Part shown: positions 27,363-37,196 of the stretch, in pieces | How positions within the stretch are numbered: the first letter of the stretch is position 1 | Layout: each line of letters begins with the position of its first letter | Assembly (NCBI GenBank): GCA_937891765.1 | Contig: CALAGQ010000047.1 | Coordinates: 16,580 to 80,579, forward strand | Reading direction: 5' to 3' | From: an uncultured Nitrospina sp. | Lineage (GTDB): Bacteria > Nitrospinota > Nitrospinia > Nitrospinales > VA-1 | DNA: 64,000 nucleotides | Translations under genes and position numbers: made by a program | Notes under the pieces: model-generated | What the model was told of the DNA's origin: nothing | Seen by the model: only the letters and a program-made list of their open reading frames with translations | Database searches by the model: none

Positions 27363-29414
27363 TTGGTGGTTCCTGCAAAAAAAAGTCAGGAAGAAGTTCT
27401 AATGAAAAAAAGTGAAACCGCGAAAAAAGTAATGCTGATCAATGCTCAGCATCCTGAAGAATGCCGGGCTGTTGTTCTGGACAACAATGTTATCGATGAC
27501 TACATCGTCGAGCATTCCTCCCGGGAACAAATTAAAGGAAATATTTATTTAGCAGTGATCAACCGGGTCGAGCCTTCCATTGAAGCGGCTTTTGTCGATT
27601 TTGGTGGCAAGAAGTATGGTTTCTTACCCTTCAAGGATGTTTTGCGTGAGTCCTATGTCCACACTGGCGAAAAAAAGGCGAAAGTGCGGATTCAGGATGT
27701 CCTGATTCGTGGACAGCGTATTGTGGTTCAGGTCCAGAAAGAGAGTAGGGATAACAAAGGCCCTTCACTGACCAATGCGATGAGTTTGGCGGGCAGGTTT
27801 CTGGTTTTGATGCAGGGACAAGGAAGCGCGGTATCTCGCAAAATTGAGGATGAGGCTGAAAGAAAAAAACTCAAGGACATAGTTGCCGATTTGGATTTGC
27901 CGGAACATCTGGGAGTGATCATTCGTACCGCCGGTGTAGGACAGACCAAGGTCGAATTGCAGAAAGATATGCAGATGTTGCTGAAAATCTGGAACAAAAT
28001 TGAAGACGCAAAGAAAAATGAATCTACACCGGGACCTTTTCTAATTTATCAAGAGCCGGATTTGGTAGTCAGGACAGTCCGAGACCATTTCAGCAGTGAT
28101 ACCTCGCAGATCATCGTGGATAACGTGGATGCCTATAAAGCTTTGAAGGATTTTATAAAGCTGGTGATGCCCCGTAACCGAAATCTGGTTAAGCTCTATA
28201 AAGAAACGAAGCCTCTTTTCTCTGAATACAATGTTGAGGAACAGATTGAATCGATTTACCAGCGCACGGTTTTTCTGCCTTCGGGTGGTTCCATTGTTAT
28301 TGATATTGGAGAGGCGATGGTTTCTATCGACGTCAACTCTGGTAAAACCAAAGGTGGCCTGGATCTGGAAGAAACAGCAGTGACGACGAATCTTGAAGCG
28401 GCCAAGGAAGTTGCCCGACAACTCAGGTTGAGGGATCTGGGCGGACTGATTGTCATTGACTTCATCGATATGTTCCAGAAAAAGAACAAGGCCGCTGTTG
28501 AGAAAATGATGAAGCAATCGTGTAAGACAGACAAGGCGCGAATCAACATTGCTAGAATTTCCAAGTTTGGTTTGCTCGAAATGTCCCGGCAACGAATTTC
28601 ACCCCCGGTCAAGGAAGGGGTTTTTGCACAATGCGGGCATTGCGGGGGGTCAGGGTTGGTGCGTTCGGTGGGCTCTGTAATTCTGAATGTTCTACGGAAA
28701 ATTCATGAGATTATTGCAGTAGGAAAAGTAAAAGTCCTTACTCTGGAAGTATCCCCGGAAATTTCCAATTATATTTTGAATCATAAGCTCAACGTTCTGG
28801 CAGATTTAAAAGCGAAGCATTTGGTCGATTTTCGATTTGAGATCAAAGAGGGTTTGGCTTATGAAAATTTCAAATATACGGTGTCTGAAGTCTGGGAGAC
28901 TGTGGGTGAGTTGGATACAAAGCTTATCGACAAGCCTGTAGAGTCGTCTCCTGAATCCAACGATTCGGATAGACCGGCTCGACCCGCTAGACCGACCAGA
29001 CCTCCAAGGTCGGGCAGACCCGCTAGACCTGCCAGATCGACCAGGCCTGTTGCTAAAGTTGAAGGCGAGGTGGAAGAGGCGGAAAAGACGGAGTCCGAAG
29101 ATGCCACGCCCAACACTGAAAGAAAATCTGCTCAACGAAGACCTTCTACTCGGCGGGGACCTCAGAGGGGAAGACGTCGACGGTCCAGTCACGCCACAAG
29201 AAAGGTCGAGGGGACATCGGTCGAGGGAGCGTCGGTTGAGGGGGCTACTTCAGAACAGAAGAGCGAGGCGGGAAATAATAATTTTTCAAAAAGTGATATT
29301 CCCGGCGATATTCAATCGCCCATGCCTCCTTTGCCGAGGCCTTTTGTGAGGGAAAGTCCAGAGCCCCCTGTATCTAACGAACCGGCTTCTCCACCCGATG
29401 TGGCAGGGGACTGA
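27363..29414 (+). CDS. rne: Ribonuclease E/G family endoribonuclease with an Arg/Pro-rich C-terminal tail
   Basis: N-terminal S1 domain (GNIYLAVINRVEPSIEAAFVDFG), DNase-I-like region IDVNSGK and the Zn-link CGHCGG. The likely true start is ATG 27402 (MKKSETAKKVMLIN). Confidence 0.88.
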   Translation: MVVPAKKSQEEVLMKKSETAKKVMLINAQHPEECRAVVLDNNVIDDYIVEHSSREQIKGNIYLAVINRVEPSIEAAFVDFGGKKYGFLPFKDVLRESYVHTGEKKAKVRIQDVLIRGQRIVVQVQKESRDNKGPSLTNAMSLAGRFLVLMQGQGSAVSRKIEDEAERKKLKDIVADLDLPEHLGVIIRTAGVGQTKVELQKDMQMLLKIWNKIEDAKKNESTPGPFLIYQEPDLVVRTVRDHFSSDTSQIIVDNVDAYKALKDFIKLVMPRNRNLVKLYKETKPLFSEYNVEEQIESIYQRTVFLPSGGSIVIDIGEAMVSIDVNSGKTKGGLDLEETAVTTNLEAAKEVARQLRLRDLGGLIVIDFIDMFQKKNKAAVEKMMKQSCKTDKARINIARISKFGLLEMSRQRISPPVKEGVFAQCGHCGGSGLVRSVGSVILNVLRKIHEIIAVGKVKVLTLEVSPEISNYILNHKLNVLADLKAKHLVDFRFEIKEGLAYENFKYTVSEVWETVGELDTKLIDKPVESSPESNDSDRPARPARPTRPPRSGRPARPARSTRPVAKVEGEVEEAEKTESEDATPNTERKSAQRRPSTRRGPQRGRRRRSSHATRKVEGTSVEGASVEGATSEQKSEAGNNNFSKSDIPGDIQSPMPPLPRPFVRESPEPPVSNEPASPPDVAGD

Positions 29415-29461
29415 GCTTATTCAGCCACAACAAATTATTGTTTGCTAAATAGAGCTATTGC

Positions 29462-30202
29462 TCACTGGCCTCGCACCGAACGAGCGCAACGGAAACCGGT
29501 ATCCCAGAACCTCATTTCAGGCGGTAAAATATTTCGGTGGGGAAGCATTGTGAACTCTTTCATGAAACCGTGCTCGCGTTTATTAATGGAACCTCCACGG
29601 GTGACTTTGAACTTTTTCCCATAATTTTTATCCTGATGGGTGGAATTTGGGTAGGGTTGGTACCAGCTTGAAGTCCATTCTGAGACATTGCCGTTCATTC
29701 CCCAAATGCGATAGCTGCTGACATCCCCCTCAAGAGAATTTACCGGCAGGACTTGTTTGCCGAAATTAGCGGAGCCCTTTTCGAAATCGTTACCCCATAC
29801 GAAAAGGCGATTGTCGCTACCGCGAGCCGCCTTTTCCCATTCGTATTCTGTTGGCAGGCGTTTGCCGACCCAATGGCAATAGGCTTCGGCTTCATGCCAA
29901 CTGACTCCGCTGATCGCTAGATTCAATTGCCGGGTTGAATATTTAGCCTGAGGCTTGAACTTCATAAACTCTTCATAGGTCACTTCAAATTGATCCATAT
30001 AGAAGGCCTTTAAAAAATACTGCTGCTCGGGTTGGGCGTTGAGAGAGGCTGTTTTGTCTGACATGAACTGAAGGAGACTGCTTTGAGGATTAAGGCCAAG
30101 AGTAAATTTGCCTTCGGGAATAAGAATCATCCCGGCATGTTTCTCGCTCTCGCAAGAAACAAGAAATATTGTAGCGAGTAGAATGGGAAGTAGTTTATTC
30201 AA
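29462..30202 (-). CDS. Lipoprotein with a SUMF1/FGE-sulfatase domain (no FGE catalytic cysteines)
   Basis: Lipobox FLVSC, then FYMDQFEVTYEEF, SWHEAEAYC, LPTEYEWEKAA, GNVSEWT, TRGGS and FRCA. Confidence 0.78.
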   Translation of the reverse strand: MNKLLPILLATIFLVSCESEKHAGMILIPEGKFTLGLNPQSSLLQFMSDKTASLNAQPEQQYFLKAFYMDQFEVTYEEFMKFKPQAKYSTRQLNLAISGVSWHEAEAYCHWVGKRLPTEYEWEKAARGSDNRLFVWGNDFEKGSANFGKQVLPVNSLEGDVSSYRIWGMNGNVSEWTSSWYQPYPNSTHQDKNYGKKFKVTRGGSINKREHGFMKEFTMLPHRNILPPEMRFWDTGFRCARSVRGQ

Positions 30203-30910
30203 TTATTTTTCTATAGACTGGGTGTTCTTAACAAGACGGGTGTCTGGAAATGTTTTAGAACCGGGTTCAGCCAGAATATATTCAATCGTTAGGCAGGCCG
30301 CTTCCTCCCGGGTGCACATCATGGAGCGGCATTCCTGGTCTTTTTGGCCGCAGTAGTAGTTCAGGATCCTCATTTTCATGAAGGTGCCATTATTTAATTT
30401 TAGAGCATAAACGTTTCGCTTGGATTCGATGTTGTGGGTTCTTGTGCGGTAATTGTACCAGCCCGCCAATTCCTTGTTGATCAAATTGCCAAGTGAACGG
30501 TGGTCCTGAGCATAGCCGATTTCGGGAGCTGCTCTAATATCATCAAAGTCGACAGGGCCAAGGTTGATGACCCCGGTTTTCCCCGATGGGTTGGTTTTCC
30601 CACCATTGGAGATAATTTTGGTTCGGCTGAATCCCAGGTCCCAAGCCGTCTGATTCAATTTGCTCGTTTCCGCGTCGGCCTCAGAAATTTTTTGGGTTTT
30701 TCCAGAACTGAAATCCACCAACAGCCATGTGTTTCTTTCTTTGGCATTAATCTTGATAATGGGATTGTTTGTGCTGATCTTTTTAATTTTTTTCGGGGGC
30801 AGAGGAACGGTTTCAAAATCTTCTATATTACCCTCCATATAATTCAGGGTGGTGTGAAACAAGAGGGTCGCCCCAAGGAGCATTAAGAATATACGTGGTG
30901 TCGGGTTCAT
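30203..30910 (-). CDS. Secreted protein, possibly HmuY-like beta-sandwich (hypothetical)
   Basis: Signal peptide. The pattern WDLGFSRTKIISNGG...GWYNY...VYALKLNNGTFMKMRILNYY resembles the HmuY family. Its stop directly abuts the start of the FGE-like lipoprotein gene. Confidence 0.45.
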   Translation of the reverse strand: MNPTPRIFLMLLGATLLFHTTLNYMEGNIEDFETVPLPPKKIKKISTNNPIIKINAKERNTWLLVDFSSGKTQKISEADAETSKLNQTAWDLGFSRTKIISNGGKTNPSGKTGVINLGPVDFDDIRAAPEIGYAQDHRSLGNLINKELAGWYNYRTRTHNIESKRNVYALKLNNGTFMKMRILNYYCGQKDQECRSMMCTREEAACLTIEYILAEPGSKTFPDTRLVKNTQSIEK

Positions 30911-31088
30911 AGGCCTATTTTAACATAGCCTCTTTCTGGCATTCCCGGCTAAACACGGAAAACCAAGGCATATTATCGATGTGCAATTATCTGCCAGAAT
31001 AATACAGCTATTTATAATAAATACAATAGGTTGTGAAAATCTTTGCTTTCACTGTTTTTTCCTATAATGTATAATTGTTTGCAGGATT

Positions 31089-31736
31089 ATGGGTTTAAAA
31101 AGGCGAATAATGAGTGACGAGAGACATTTCGGTTTTAAAAAAGCGCAAATTGAGAATTTTTTAAAAGAAGAATTTAAAAAAAAATTCAAGGGTAGCGCTA
31201 AGATTTCCCTGCGAAAAAGACAGAAATTTATAGGGGAGGTGACCCATAAGATCGCCAAGCGATTTGGCAAAGATGTCTTGGTGCTGATTGACTTCTCAAA
31301 AAATGGTTTTTGTACTGTAGTTTCCCCGGCCCAAACAGAATCAACCGAAAAAGGAAAACTGACTAAATCCTTTTCCCATCCTCAGGTATTTTATACTTCT
31401 CATTGTGTCGACCGTTTCAGCGAGAGAACGCAGTCCCTTGAAAATTGTGTTATCACGCTGGATGCATTTTTTAATGAGGCACTATCCACTTATGGAGAAA
31501 ATGAAGGGTTTCTGACTTGTCCAGACGGGGTTTTTGCTTATGAATTGATTGAAGACCGTTTGATTGTAAAAACTTATATTAATTTCGACCTTTTATCTGA
31601 CGACCAGATCAAGCAGTTTTATGGTTCGGGCATGATTTCCATGCTTCCCAGAGAATACACCACAGAGGATGTCTTCGGCGCAGATTTTATTCTTGCGGAT
31701 GAGCATGATGAGCTTTTAGGCAAACCTGGGGATTAA
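31089..31736 (+). CDS. Hypothetical protein (215 aa), Lys-rich N-terminus
   Basis: Intact ORF upstream of ftsEX with no confident family assignment. Confidence 0.5.
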   Translation: MGLKRRIMSDERHFGFKKAQIENFLKEEFKKKFKGSAKISLRKRQKFIGEVTHKIAKRFGKDVLVLIDFSKNGFCTVVSPAQTESTEKGKLTKSFSHPQVFYTSHCVDRFSERTQSLENCVITLDAFFNEALSTYGENEGFLTCPDGVFAYELIEDRLIVKTYINFDLLSDDQIKQFYGSGMISMLPREYTTEDVFGADFILADEHDELLGKPGD

Positions 31737-31814
31737 AGCCTTTAGAACGACGCCGCATTTTTTGTTTCTTCATATTTTGCCACCTGAAATTTTCACCTCA
31801 CTTTTATTCAGAGC

Positions 31815-32471
31815 ATGATCCAATTATTCAATGTTATTAAAAAATATGGCAGTGGTAGTCCTGCACTGGATGACATTTCTCTTAAAATTGAAAGAGGAGA
31901 ATTTGTGTTTTTAACCGGTCCGAGTGGGGCGGGCAAAACGACCATACTGAAAGTTCTTTTCGGATGGGAGGATTTTGAAGAGGGACAGGTTTTGGTGCAG
32001 GGGATCAATGTTGGCAAGCTGAATGCCGGGAACATGCATACCTTGAGGCGATCCATTGGGGTGATTTTTCAGGACTATAAGCTTCTCACCAATAAAACAG
32101 TTTTTGAAAATGTCGCGTTTGCTCAGGAAGTCACAAATCGTGATCGAAAAACCATCAAATTTAAAACTTGGGAAGCCTTGAAGAATGTGGGCCTGACTCC
32201 CAAAAAAGATTCTTTCCCGCCCCAGCTTTCTGGCGGAGAGCAGCAACGTGTGGCCATTGCCCGGGCAATGGTGAACGCTCCTCCGATTATTTTGGCGGAT
32301 GAACCCACCGGTAATCTGGATCAGGAAATTTCCCTTGAGATTTTAAAGCTTTTTGAGGAACTGAATCGCAATGGGGCGACCATTGTATTTGCAACTCATA
32401 GTCAGGATATTTTGAAGCTGGGCAATCATAGAGTCATTGTTCTCAGTCGCGGAAAGGTTGTCTCATCGTGA
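31815..32471 (+). CDS. ftsE: Cell-division ABC transporter ATP-binding protein FtsE
   Basis: Walker [10 protein letters not shown], signature [14 protein letters not shown], Walker [12 protein letters not shown]. It overlaps ftsX. Confidence 0.9.
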   Translation: MIQLFNVIKKYGSGSPALDDISLKIERGEFVFLTGPSGAGKTTILKVLFGWEDFEEGQVLVQGINVGKLNAGNMHTLRRSIGVIFQDYKLLTNKTVFENVAFAQEVTNRDRKTIKFKTWEALKNVGLTPKKDSFPPQLSGGEQQRVAIARAMVNAPPIILADEPTGNLDQEISLEILKLFEELNRNGATIVFATHSQDILKLGNHRVIVLSRGKVVSS

Positions 32472-33385
32472 ACTCGGCAATCCATGCATTGTTAATTGGT
32501 TTTCGGGCAACAATTGCGAATGTTCGCGCGAATGCGCAAACCTTCCTGATTTCTGTTGTGACCATTGCTATTTCGATAGGCATTTTGGGGCTTTTCCTTA
32601 TTATATTTTTTAATTTGAATGGTTTTTTGGCGAGTTGGAATCAGCAGGTTCAATTAATTACTTACTTGAAAGACGATATTTCTCCTGCCCAAAAAAATAA
32701 TCTGGAAGACTTGTTCAAAACGAATTCGAGAGTTCAATCTACGGAAGAAGTTAGCAAAGATCAAGCCTGGCAGGAATTCAGACTAAGCCAGGCTGAGAGA
32801 TCTGGTTTAGAGCTTGACCTGGGTTTTAACCCGTTACCGGCTTCTTACAAGATCCGTTTCAAGATGTCTGATAATCGCTTATTACATATCAGCGAATTTG
32901 CAGAACAAATCCAGAATGAGCCGGGTGTGGAATCTGTGGAGTATGGCAAGAGCTGGATCTCCCGTTTTGAAAAGTTTATGGTTTTCTGCCGGGTTTTCCT
33001 TATGGCGACAGGGGCTTTGCTAAGTTTTGGATTGATCCTTATTATTTCCAATACCATCCGTCTTTCCATTTATTCCCGGCAGGATGAGATTGAGTTGATG
33101 TTGTTGATCGGCGCAACCCCGCACTTTGTCAAGATTCCTTTTTTGATGGAAGGGATGTTGCAGGGATTATGTGGTTCTCTGCTTTCCTTAGGGTTGATGG
33201 GGGTTATCTATTATTACTTAAAGAGCGAGTTCCAAACTTCCATGGAGTCCATTGCAAGAGGAATGGACTTTCAATTTATCTCCGAGCCATTTTTATTGAT
33301 TCTTGTTGGGGCGAGTGTGTTGATTGGGCTGGTTGCCAGTTATATCTCAACCTATCAATATATGCAGGTTTTGAATAAAAGATGA
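32468..33385 (+). CDS. ftsX: Cell-division permease-like protein FtsX
   Basis: Four TM helices with a large periplasmic loop, downstream of and overlapping ftsE. Confidence 0.85.
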   Translation: MNSAIHALLIGFRATIANVRANAQTFLISVVTIAISIGILGLFLIIFFNLNGFLASWNQQVQLITYLKDDISPAQKNNLEDLFKTNSRVQSTEEVSKDQAWQEFRLSQAERSGLELDLGFNPLPASYKIRFKMSDNRLLHISEFAEQIQNEPGVESVEYGKSWISRFEKFMVFCRVFLMATGALLSFGLILIISNTIRLSIYSRQDEIELMLLIGATPHFVKIPFLMEGMLQGLCGSLLSLGLMGVIYYYLKSEFQTSMESIARGMDFQFISEPFLLILVGASVLIGLVASYISTYQYMQVLNKR

Positions 33386-34581
33386 AGCGTAGACCCTTAT
33401 TCTTAGTGGTTTTTGTTTTAGCGGGGTTGTTTTTTGCTTCAACTGGATGGCCTGAAAAAATGATTGCTAAAAAGAAGAGTTCCAAGCAAATTAATGCGTT
33501 ATTGCAGGATGAACAAAAAGAATTAGAACGTCTGAGGAAAAAAATAGTCAGTCAAGACAAACTCATTTCTTCAGCAGGAAAAAAAGAAGGGCAAGTGCTA
33601 AGAAATCTGAGAAAGGTTGATAATCAAATAAAACTGAAGGAAAGAGAGCTCAAGATTCACCAGTGGAATTTTCTGATTAACAAAAAAAAACTGGCTAAGC
33701 TTGAAGAAAATCTTCGCACCAATGGGCAGAAGTTGAAAGCCCAGAAGCTGTTATTGGGAAAACGGTTTCGCCAGATTTATAAAGAGGGCCCGGCTTTTCC
33801 TCTTAGGGTTGCCTTTTCATCTGAAGATACAAGCGACTTTTTGCAGCGCCTCAAATATATGGAATTGATCGCTCAGCATGATACAAACCTGCTGGCTGAT
33901 TATAAGAATCAGCTTGAAGGCATGAAAACCGAGCGACAATCTCTTCTGTCTGTCAGAGCGAAGCTGGTGCGGCTGGAAAAAGATGCCTTGGGGAAGCGGG
34001 AGGAGTTTGAAAGTGCCAGGAAAGATAAAAATAAATATTTAAGGACAATTAAGAAAAAGAAGCAGTTTGGAATTCAAACTCGGAAGGAACTTCAAAAAGC
34101 TTCCAGTAATTTAAATCAGCTGATTGAAAAATTATTATCGAAGCTGGTATCCGGTGAAGGCCTTGACATTTTGGATAAAAAGGGCAGGTTGACTCTGCCA
34201 GTGAGGGGGAAAATTCTCAATAAATTCGGCAGGCAAAAAGATAAACAATATGGTTCGTTCATTGTGCATAATGGTATTGACATCAAAACCCGAGCCGGTA
34301 CGCCGGTGCGCTCGATTTTTAATGGCAAAGTTCTTTATACCGGCGAGCTTGAAGGCTACGGGAATCTGGTGATTATTGGACATGGAAAGGATTATCACTC
34401 TCTCTATGGTCATTTGGATAGCATTGACGCCAAGCCAAATCAGGTAGTCCAGAGTGGGGATATTATTGGTCGCAGTGGGGACACTGGGTCTCTCGTCGGG
34501 GAAACTCTTTATCTGGAAATGCGTGAAAAAGGCAAGCCTATTGAGCCCGTCCGCTGGTTCAAGACGGCTGCTATGAAATAG
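33382..34581 (+). CDS. Murein hydrolase activator / M23 peptidase with coiled-coil domain (EnvC-like)
   Basis: Signal sequence, about 230 aa of coiled coil, and a C-terminal LytM/M23 domain (HNGIDI ... YGHL ... GDTGS). It immediately follows ftsEX. Confidence 0.85.
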   Translation: MKRRPLFLVVFVLAGLFFASTGWPEKMIAKKKSSKQINALLQDEQKELERLRKKIVSQDKLISSAGKKEGQVLRNLRKVDNQIKLKERELKIHQWNFLINKKKLAKLEENLRTNGQKLKAQKLLLGKRFRQIYKEGPAFPLRVAFSSEDTSDFLQRLKYMELIAQHDTNLLADYKNQLEGMKTERQSLLSVRAKLVRLEKDALGKREEFESARKDKNKYLRTIKKKKQFGIQTRKELQKASSNLNQLIEKLLSKLVSGEGLDILDKKGRLTLPVRGKILNKFGRQKDKQYGSFIVHNGIDIKTRAGTPVRSIFNGKVLYTGELEGYGNLVIIGHGKDYHSLYGHLDSIDAKPNQVVQSGDIIGRSGDTGSLVGETLYLEMREKGKPIEPVRWFKTAAMK

Positions 34582-34669
34582 TGGGTCGTAGAGTTAAATT
34601 ATGGTTATGGATGCGCAGGGCCTGTAATTGATATATAATTGTTGTTTTACATCTTAGGGAGATACTACT

Positions 34670-36106
34670 TTGAATTTGTCACCGGTGGGTAAAGGAATAA
34701 AGGCCGGGGTTGCCCGGTTTCTGGTCATCGTTATGTTGGGAATGTTCCCCACACAGACTCTTTACGCAGAAGAAAATGTTGAAGAGCCTAAACCGGATAC
34801 TTATAACAAGCTCAAAGTGTTTTCTGAGATACTTTCCCTGATCGAATCCAATTATGTCGAGCCAGTTGAAAGCAACAACATGATTGATGGTGCCATCAAG
34901 GGAATGGTTAAAGCCCTTGATCCCCATACCAGCTATTTGCCTCCCGCGTCCTATAAGGAAATGCAGGTGGAGACAACCGGGAAGTTCGGTGGACTGGGGA
35001 TTGAGATCAGCCTTCGGGATGGTGTGCTGACCGTTGTTTCTCCGATAGAAGAAACCCCGGCTTTTAAGGTGGGTATTAAACCGGGCGATAAAATTATAAA
35101 AATAGAAGACGAATCAACCCTTGATATGACGCTTCAGGATGCGGTCTCTCGTCTCAGGGGGGAAACCGGATCGCCCGTGACTATCACGATTTTCAGGGAA
35201 TCTTTCAAGGCTCCGAAGGAATTCACCATTGTCCGGGATGTTATTAAAGTCCGCAGTGTTGTCAAAAAACTCTATAAGAAGGACATTGGTTATATCAAAA
35301 TCCGCAGTTTTTCAAAAAACACCAGTGTGGATCTGGATAAAGCCCTCGACGACCTCAGTAAAGAGGGCATCACTAAATTGATCCTTGATCTCAGGAACAA
35401 TCCGGGTGGACTGTTGAATCAGGCTGTTGAAGTGACGGATCGATTTTTGAACCGGGAAAAGCTGATCGTCTATACCAAAGGTCGTTCGGATGAGCAGAAT
35501 ATGCGCTTCACCAGCCATGATAAGGTGGCAGGCGTTTCTTATCCTCTAATCATTATGGTGAATGGCGGTAGCGCAAGTGCCTCGGAAATCGTGGCGGGAG
35601 CTTTGCAGGATTTGAATCGGGCCGTTATTCTGGGCACGCAAACTTTCGGCAAGGGGTCTGTTCAAACCATCATACCACTGAGCGATGGGTCTGCCCTGCG
35701 GTTGACCACTGCCCGTTACTACACTCCCAGTGGTCGGGTGATTCAGGAAAATGGCATTGAGCCGGATATCATTATTGAAAGAACAGCCGTCGAGGATTTG
35801 GAAAAGGAAGGCGAAAAGGAAGAAGAACCCAAAGAAAAAACCCGCCTGCGAAGGTTTTTGCGTGAAAAGGATTTAAAGAAACATTTGAAGGGTAAGAGCA
35901 GTATTGGTGATGTCGAGCAAGAAAGCGAAGTGGAAAGCACCGAGAAGGAAGAAATTGCTGAAAACATCGCCAATGAAGACCTGTTGAAGGACAACCAATT
36001 GGAACAGGCAGTTTCTCTGCTCTCGGGCTGGGAAGTTATGAAAAAAATGTTTAAAAATTTACAGGTACCCACTCCCGGCCCTGATAGCCAAATCAGTATG
36101 AAATAA
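34670..36106 (+). CDS. Carboxyl-terminal processing protease (S41 family, PDZ domain)
   Basis: GGLGIEI PDZ region, ILDLRNNPGG, NGGSASASEI (catalytic Ser) and GTQTFGKGSVQ (catalytic Lys region). TTG start. Confidence 0.88.
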   Translation: MNLSPVGKGIKAGVARFLVIVMLGMFPTQTLYAEENVEEPKPDTYNKLKVFSEILSLIESNYVEPVESNNMIDGAIKGMVKALDPHTSYLPPASYKEMQVETTGKFGGLGIEISLRDGVLTVVSPIEETPAFKVGIKPGDKIIKIEDESTLDMTLQDAVSRLRGETGSPVTITIFRESFKAPKEFTIVRDVIKVRSVVKKLYKKDIGYIKIRSFSKNTSVDLDKALDDLSKEGITKLILDLRNNPGGLLNQAVEVTDRFLNREKLIVYTKGRSDEQNMRFTSHDKVAGVSYPLIIMVNGGSASASEIVAGALQDLNRAVILGTQTFGKGSVQTIIPLSDGSALRLTTARYYTPSGRVIQENGIEPDIIIERTAVEDLEKEGEKEEEPKEKTRLRRFLREKDLKKHLKGKSSIGDVEQESEVESTEKEEIAENIANEDLLKDNQLEQAVSLLSGWEVMKKMFKNLQVPTPGPDSQISMK

Positions 36107-36158
36107 AGTTTGTTTTTTTCTCTGATTTCAGGCGATCACATTTTATTGATTCCCACCC

Positions 36159-37172
36159 ATGCTTGTTCTTGGTCTAGAAACTTCCTGCGATGAAACTGCT
36201 GCCGCTGTCTTGAAAGACGGCGATACGCTTTTATCCAATATCATCAATGACCAGAATGATATCCATTCTGAGTATGGAGGGATCGTTCCTGAGCTGGCGG
36301 GGCGTTCTCATAACGAACGGGTGCACCGGGTTATTAAGGAGGCTGTGGCTGAGGCTGGTGTGCAGTTACGGGATATCGATCTCATCGCCGTCACGATAGG
36401 GCCTGGATTGATTGGCTCATTATTGGTGGGTCTGAATACTGCAAAAGGACTTTCATACGGTTTGAAAACTCCTATGATCGGGGTGAACCATTTGGAAGGC
36501 CATCTTCTTGCCATCTTTCTGCAGAAAAAAATAGAGTTTCCTTTCATTGCGCTGGTTGTTTCCGGTGGGCATACCGACCTGTACCGGGTTTCTGATTTTG
36601 GAAAATATAAATTGCTGGGACGGACTCGTGATGATGCGGCGGGGGAGTCTTTTGACAAGGTAGGAAAAATGTTGGGTCTGCCTTATCCTGGAGGACCGGC
36701 CATTGAGAAGTTAGCGCGGAAAGGAAACGCTAAAGCTCATAAATTCCCGCGCGCCTATCTCGAAAAAGCTTCTCTGGATTTTAGTTTCAGCGGATTGAAA
36801 ACCTCGGTCCGGACCTTTCTGCAGCAAAGAGAGCAGGGCAGCCCCATAACCCTGACGGATGAAGATATTTCAGCATGCTTTCAGAATGCGGTTCTTGATG
36901 TTCTAGTCGATAAGATTATTAGCGCCTGCAAGAAAGAGAAACTAACGCGAATCGTCGTGACCGGTGGTGTGGCCTCAAACAGTGCCTTGCGCCTGGCGGT
37001 ACAAAAAGAGGCGCAAGTTTGGGGATTCGAAGCCTCTTTTCCTGATCCAATATTTTGCACCGATAATGCCGCGATGATTGCCTGTGCCGGGTATCATAAG
37101 TTTTCCCAGGATCAAAGTTCGTCGACTGACTTTATGGTGTTGGATGCAAAAGCGGGTCTTTCGGTAGAATAA
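36159..37172 (+). CDS. tsaD: tRNA N6-adenosine threonylcarbamoyltransferase TsaD
   Basis: LVLGLETSCDETAAAV, VNHLEGH, VSGGHT and GGVASN motifs. Confidence 0.93.
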   Translation: MLVLGLETSCDETAAAVLKDGDTLLSNIINDQNDIHSEYGGIVPELAGRSHNERVHRVIKEAVAEAGVQLRDIDLIAVTIGPGLIGSLLVGLNTAKGLSYGLKTPMIGVNHLEGHLLAIFLQKKIEFPFIALVVSGGHTDLYRVSDFGKYKLLGRTRDDAAGESFDKVGKMLGLPYPGGPAIEKLARKGNAKAHKFPRAYLEKASLDFSFSGLKTSVRTFLQQREQGSPITLTDEDISACFQNAVLDVLVDKIISACKKEKLTRIVVTGGVASNSALRLAVQKEAQVWGFEASFPDPIFCTDNAAMIACAGYHKFSQDQSSSTDFMVLDAKAGLSVE

Positions 37173-37196
37173 GACGCGGTCATAAAGGAAAATAGT

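Noticed and set aside
27363-27401. TTG start at 27363 for the RNase E/G gene
   Set aside because: The ATG at 27402 gives the family-typical N-terminus (MKK…KVMLIN). The 13 extra codons look like an ORF-caller extension. The longer coordinates are kept in the feature table, with this note.
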